A stretch of 37,604 bases of DNA. Origin: Octopus bimaculoides. Taxonomy: Eukaryota. Position numbers and translations under genes: made by a program. Positions within the stretch are counted from its first letter, which is position 1; each line of letters begins with the position of its first letter. Location of the stretch: positions 18,397,736-18,435,339 of the forward strand of contig NC_068985.1 in assembly GCF_001194135.2 (NCBI RefSeq), in the 5' to 3' direction. Positions 33,587 to 37,604 of this stretch are shown piece by piece. The notes beneath the pieces are model-generated. The model did not search any database. It had not been told where the DNA came from and saw only the letters and a list, made by a program, of their open reading frames with translations.

Positions 33587-33930
33587 CTTTTACTTGTTTC
33601 AGTCATTTGACTGCAGCCATGCTGGAGCACCGCCTTTAGTCGAGCAAATAGACCCCAGGACTTATTCTTTGTAAGCCTAGTACTTATTCTATCGATCTCT
33701 TTTACCGAACCGCTAAGTTACGGGGACGTAAACACACCAGCATCGGTTGTCAAGCGATGGTGGGGGTACAAACACAGACACACAAACATATATATATATA
33801 CATATATACGACGGGCTTCTTTCAGTTTCCGTCTACCAAATCCACTCACAAGGCTTTGGTCGGCCCGAGGCTATAGTAGAAGACACTTGCCCAAGGTGCC
33901 ACACAGTGGGACTGAACCCAGAACCATATG
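33587..33930 (-). mobile_element. SINE family B (young, truncated in head)
   Basis: cttttacttgtttcagtcatttgactgcagccatgctggagcaccgcc...gacgggcttctttcagtttccgtctaccaaatccactcacaaggc; CpGs retained. Confidence 0.85.
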
Positions 33931-34194
33931 TCTAATTTGCATGTAGATGATGACTGTGTGTGCAGATGAACAGGCAGATAAAGAAAAAGAGGGTTAAGGA
34001 TTGGGAGAACATTCTAGTATAAAAACAAGTTCCCCAGTATTATACAAACTTCCATAAAATCATTTAATATATGGATATAAAAAAAAAGGGATCCTGTTCC
34101 CTACCTCTAAATAATTATCATTATATTGAGCTTAAGATAATTTTGTGTGATATTGACCATTGTAAGGATATCATTTTGATTATTGATTATTTTA

Positions 34195-34390
34195 TCAAAT
34201 ATAATGCTTATTTAGTCGCATTGTTTTGAATTAATCATGCATTATCTCATAGCTTCAAGATTTCAATGATGCAATTGTTTATTTTTAGATTATTATTATA
34301 GGGTAGGTGTGAGAGGTTGGATCTCGTTAGTTTGAACATAAAATAGGTAGAATATTTGGGTCAGATATGGCCAGTTTAAATTCTAAAGGG
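34195..34390. mobile_element. piggyBac-like MITE, family P2 (one end missing)
   Basis: ttttgaattaatcatgcattatct...tttaaattctaaaggg|TTAA; homologous to 37050-37222. Confidence 0.65.
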
Positions 34391-34661
34391 TTAAAAATTG
34401 ACAAATTCAATTTGAAAAAAAAAAAAATCATTTGGTAAATTGTTCAAGTGTTGGGTGATGAACTGAAAGCTCTACAAATTCAAATCTCTTAACTGGCATG
34501 GCATTTGCATTTTTTTGTTGTAATTCGTTAAATGACTTTCATACAGTTGTTTAAAGTTTTGCAAAAATGGATATAGTAAATTAAAAGTTCAATTGCTATC
34601 TTAACTGTGCTGAAAAGCTTTGTTATATTAATTTTAAACATTACAATGACTGGAGAATTAA

Positions 34662-34934
34662 CCCATAAACTGCGATAGGCCACCTCAGTGGCCAACGCGA
34701 CAGTGCGACAGGCCACGTTCGTGGCCACGGGAGTAGGGCATGATCTGACCTAATTTTGATGACGTGTAATGTATGCACACAATACTCTTTCACCCCAGAA
34801 ACAGTGTAGCCAAATCACAGATGGTGTTAAGAAACACTGAGTATTTATTTTGAGTGATAGATCGATGTTGATCTTTACCCAAAATAGGCTCAGCAGTTCG
34901 TGTTACATACAGCAAAATCCCAGCAGTTCATGGG
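34662..34934. mobile_element. piggyBac-like MITE, family P3 (273 bp)
   Basis: TTAA|CCCATAAACTGC...GCAGTTCATGGG|TTAA (12-bp TIR, 1 mismatch), subterminal palindromes, CpG-rich left end. Confidence 0.75.
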
Positions 34935-35045
34935 TTAAACATGCCACCTGCTTCTCTGAGTTTCCTATCAGTCGTCCTTTTATGCAAATTGTTTCTTTCC
35001 TCTCAGTCTTTTAACCCTTTAACATTCACATTTTTCTTCCAAATC

Positions 35046-35340
35046 TTCATCATCATCATTTAACATCCATTGCCCATGCTGGCATGAGTTGAATAGTGCG
35101 ACCAGAGCTAGCAAGCCGGTGGTGGGGGGTATGCTGCACCAGACTCCAGTCTGTTGTGACATGGTTTCTACAGCTGGATGCCCTTCCTAATGCCAACCAC
35201 TTTACAGAGTGTGCTGGGTTCTTTTATGTGGAATCGCATGGGCACTTTTACATGGCACCACATGGGCACTTTTACGTGGCACTGCACAGGTGCTTTTACA
35301 TGGTGCTGCATGGGTGCTTTTACGTGTTGCCACATGGGGA
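35046..35340 (-). mobile_element. RTE 3' fragment with five 24-nt tandem units
   Basis: Units begin with ctttta at 35221, 35245, 35269, 35293 and 35317. Confidence 0.8.
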
Positions 35341-35940
35341 ATACTATAATATAATAAGTGACAGAGAGATAATAGATGCGGATGGGTAGAAGTTGCAAGA
35401 CCTGATAGAGGTGAAGGTGGTCAAAGGTACATAGGGATGAATGAAGTGAGTAGCACAAGTGTGCGGGAGGCAGTGGTTCGCAGGTATGAGACAGTGTTAC
35501 GAATGAGAGATGGATGTTGAAAGTAAACAGTTCTGAGAGGGAAGAATAACGAGTAGCACAGAAAGGGATGATGGAATGTATATTTCTGCTCTCATTTAAT
35601 TATAGAGAATGAAGAGATTATTCAGGAATAGGGTTAGAATTAAAACAACAGTAGTAAATAAATGAACACAAAATGCCTAAAAGTCCATAAAGAAAAATAC
35701 CACTTTGACAGATTAAATATAAGATCTACTAGTACTCCAACATACTTAGTGTAGTGGAGCAACAATTCCAATGTATTCCAACATGCTAATAGTCAACCGA
35801 CAATTCTCACTGTACACAAATCACAGTAAGCAATAAGGTGGTTCCAATCAGACCCAGAAAGTGAACTTGAAAATACTTCTAACTGGTGTTAACTGAGAAA
35901 AAAAATGTAGCTGCAGATTTGAATGTTGATAGTAAGAGTT

Positions 35941-36320
35941 TATCATCATCATTATCATCATCATCATCATCATCGTTTAACGTCTGCCTTCCATGCTAGC
36001 ATGGGTTGGACGATTTGACTGAGGACTGGTGAAACCAGATGGCTACACCAGGCTCCAATCTGATTTGGCAGAGTTTCTACAGCTGGATGCCCTTCCTAAT
36101 GCCAACCACTTGAGAGTGTAGTGGGTGCTTTTACGTGCCACTGGCACGAAGGCCAGTCAGGTGGTACTGGCAACGGCCACGCTCAAAATGGTCTATTTTA
36201 CATGCCACCTGCACAGGAGCCAGTTCGGCGGCACTGGCAACGATCTCGCTTGAATGTCTTTACACGTGCCATCTGGCACAAGTGCCAGGAAGGCGATGCT
36301 GGGCACAGGTGCCATTGATG
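35941..36320 (-). mobile_element. RTE LINE 3' UTR fragment
   Basis: (CAT)n tail, conserved terminal block and roughly 66-nt array units. Confidence 0.85.
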
Positions 36321-37049
36321 AAAAAAGATAGGTGTCGATAAAATAAAGGTATTTCATTTGATAATTAGAAATATAAAATGCTTTGATCCATCCTACACAG
36401 CAAAGAATTTGAACATTTAAAAGAATGAGTTGCAATATCAGAGGTAAAGTTTTTAAAATTGGAGTGAAACTGAACGCAGAAAATAGGGTTTCAGATGTTG
36501 ACGTCATAGGAAAACTTGATGTACTGTAGTAAAAGCAAGCAATGATAAACAAAAAAAAACGAAAAGTTTAATGATGATATTGACAAAGCCTTTTTTATTG
36601 AACGAAATACAGAAAAACATTGTCATGATAGAAAAGCTTCTAGATATCATCCAATTAACATAAACACTGGCATTGCTAATTACACTGTGTAACAAATTCG
36701 TTTTTTTTTTTTTGTCTTTGGTCAGCAAATGTTACTTCCTATTTGCTTCTGCCTAAAAATAAAAGGAAATGACAGCTATTCCCTTGAAACTTTGCTTTTG
36801 TGACCTGGACATCAGTGTTTTGAAAGTGAGATATTTTCCATTACTTTTTAAACCAGTAGTTCTCAGTCCACACAAGCAAAATATTAAATTGGATACGCAC
36901 AATAGTATATTAAGGGTCCATGAAAAAATTTTGATATAAATGTATTTATTGGAAGAAACAGCTAGATTTCTTTCTCTAACGTTTTACATAGTTCAACCAA
37001 CACAAGTTAATGTTTGAAAAAAAAAAAGGAATTTTGAAAGAAGTATTTA

Positions 37050-37222
37050 TATATTCACATGGTTTTGAATTAATCATGCATTATCTGATAGCTTCAAAAT
37101 GTTGATATGATTGTATATTTTTAGAATGACATTGTAGAATAGGTGTCAGAGGTCAAGTCTGGGTGGTTTGAGTATAAAACAGAATATTTGTGCTGGATAT
37201 GGCTGGTTTAAATGCTAAAGAG
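37050..37222. mobile_element. piggyBac-like MITE, family P2
   Basis: Homologous to 34195-34390; ends tttaaatgctaaagag|TTAA. Confidence 0.65.
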
Positions 37223-37345
37223 TTAAGCTTACTTTCAATCAGCATCTTTTGAAATTGTAGGCCTCCTTTTTTTCTTTCTTAGTAGTCCCTTATGCCATAG
37301 TGGCCTCAAGTTTTGTTTGATACAAGATTATATATATATATATAT

Positions 37346-37604
37346 ATCATCATCATCATCATCATTTAACGTCCGCTTTCCATGCTAGCATGGGTTGGAC
37401 AATTTGACTGAGGACTGGTGAAACCGGATGGCAACACCAGGCTCCAATCTAATTTGGCAGAGTTTCTACAGCTGGATGCCCTTCCTAACGCCAACCACTC
37501 AGAGAGTGTAGTGGGTGCTTTTACGTGTCATCCGCACGAAGGCCAGTCAGGCGGTACTGGCAACGGCCACGCTCGAAATGGTGTCTTTTATGTGCCACCC
37601 GCAC
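37346..37604 (-). mobile_element. RTE LINE 3' UTR fragment (runs off the window)
   Basis: (CAT)n tail and conserved terminal block. Confidence 0.85.

Overview
AT-rich animal genomic DNA. The repeat landscape (dense (TA)n/(CA)n/(CAT)n microsatellites, several tRNA-derived SINE families, RTE LINE 3' ends with (GAT)n tails, TTAA- and TA-flanked MITEs) looks like an Octopus (coleoid cephalopod) assembly; this is inference only. N gaps lie at 711-1302, 2513-3092, 10832-10841, 13130-13557, 15865-15954, 17462-17515, 27350-27475 and 29478-29487. The only confidently recognisable gene sequence is the first coding exon of ACTL6/BAF53/Arp4 (MSGGVYGG, 20039-20063, + strand). I found no exon 2 by eye, so intron 1 appears to exceed 17.5 kb. 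A candidate first coding exon of an unidentified divergent gene lies about 0.9 kb upstream on the - strand. Almost all ORFs in the supplied track are artefacts of microsatellites, N gaps or retroelement UTRs. The most interesting unannotated signal is a type I hammerhead-ribozyme-like fold at 16378-16438, embedded in a 50-bp near-perfect inverted repeat with Penelope-like architecture. A second, decayed minimal hammerhead motif lies at 4307-4344. Other notable structure: RTE 3' UTR tandem arrays with periods of 24, 48 and 66 nt, a one-sided RTE orientation in the ACTL6 intron, three head-to-head SINE pairs and several long foldback elements.
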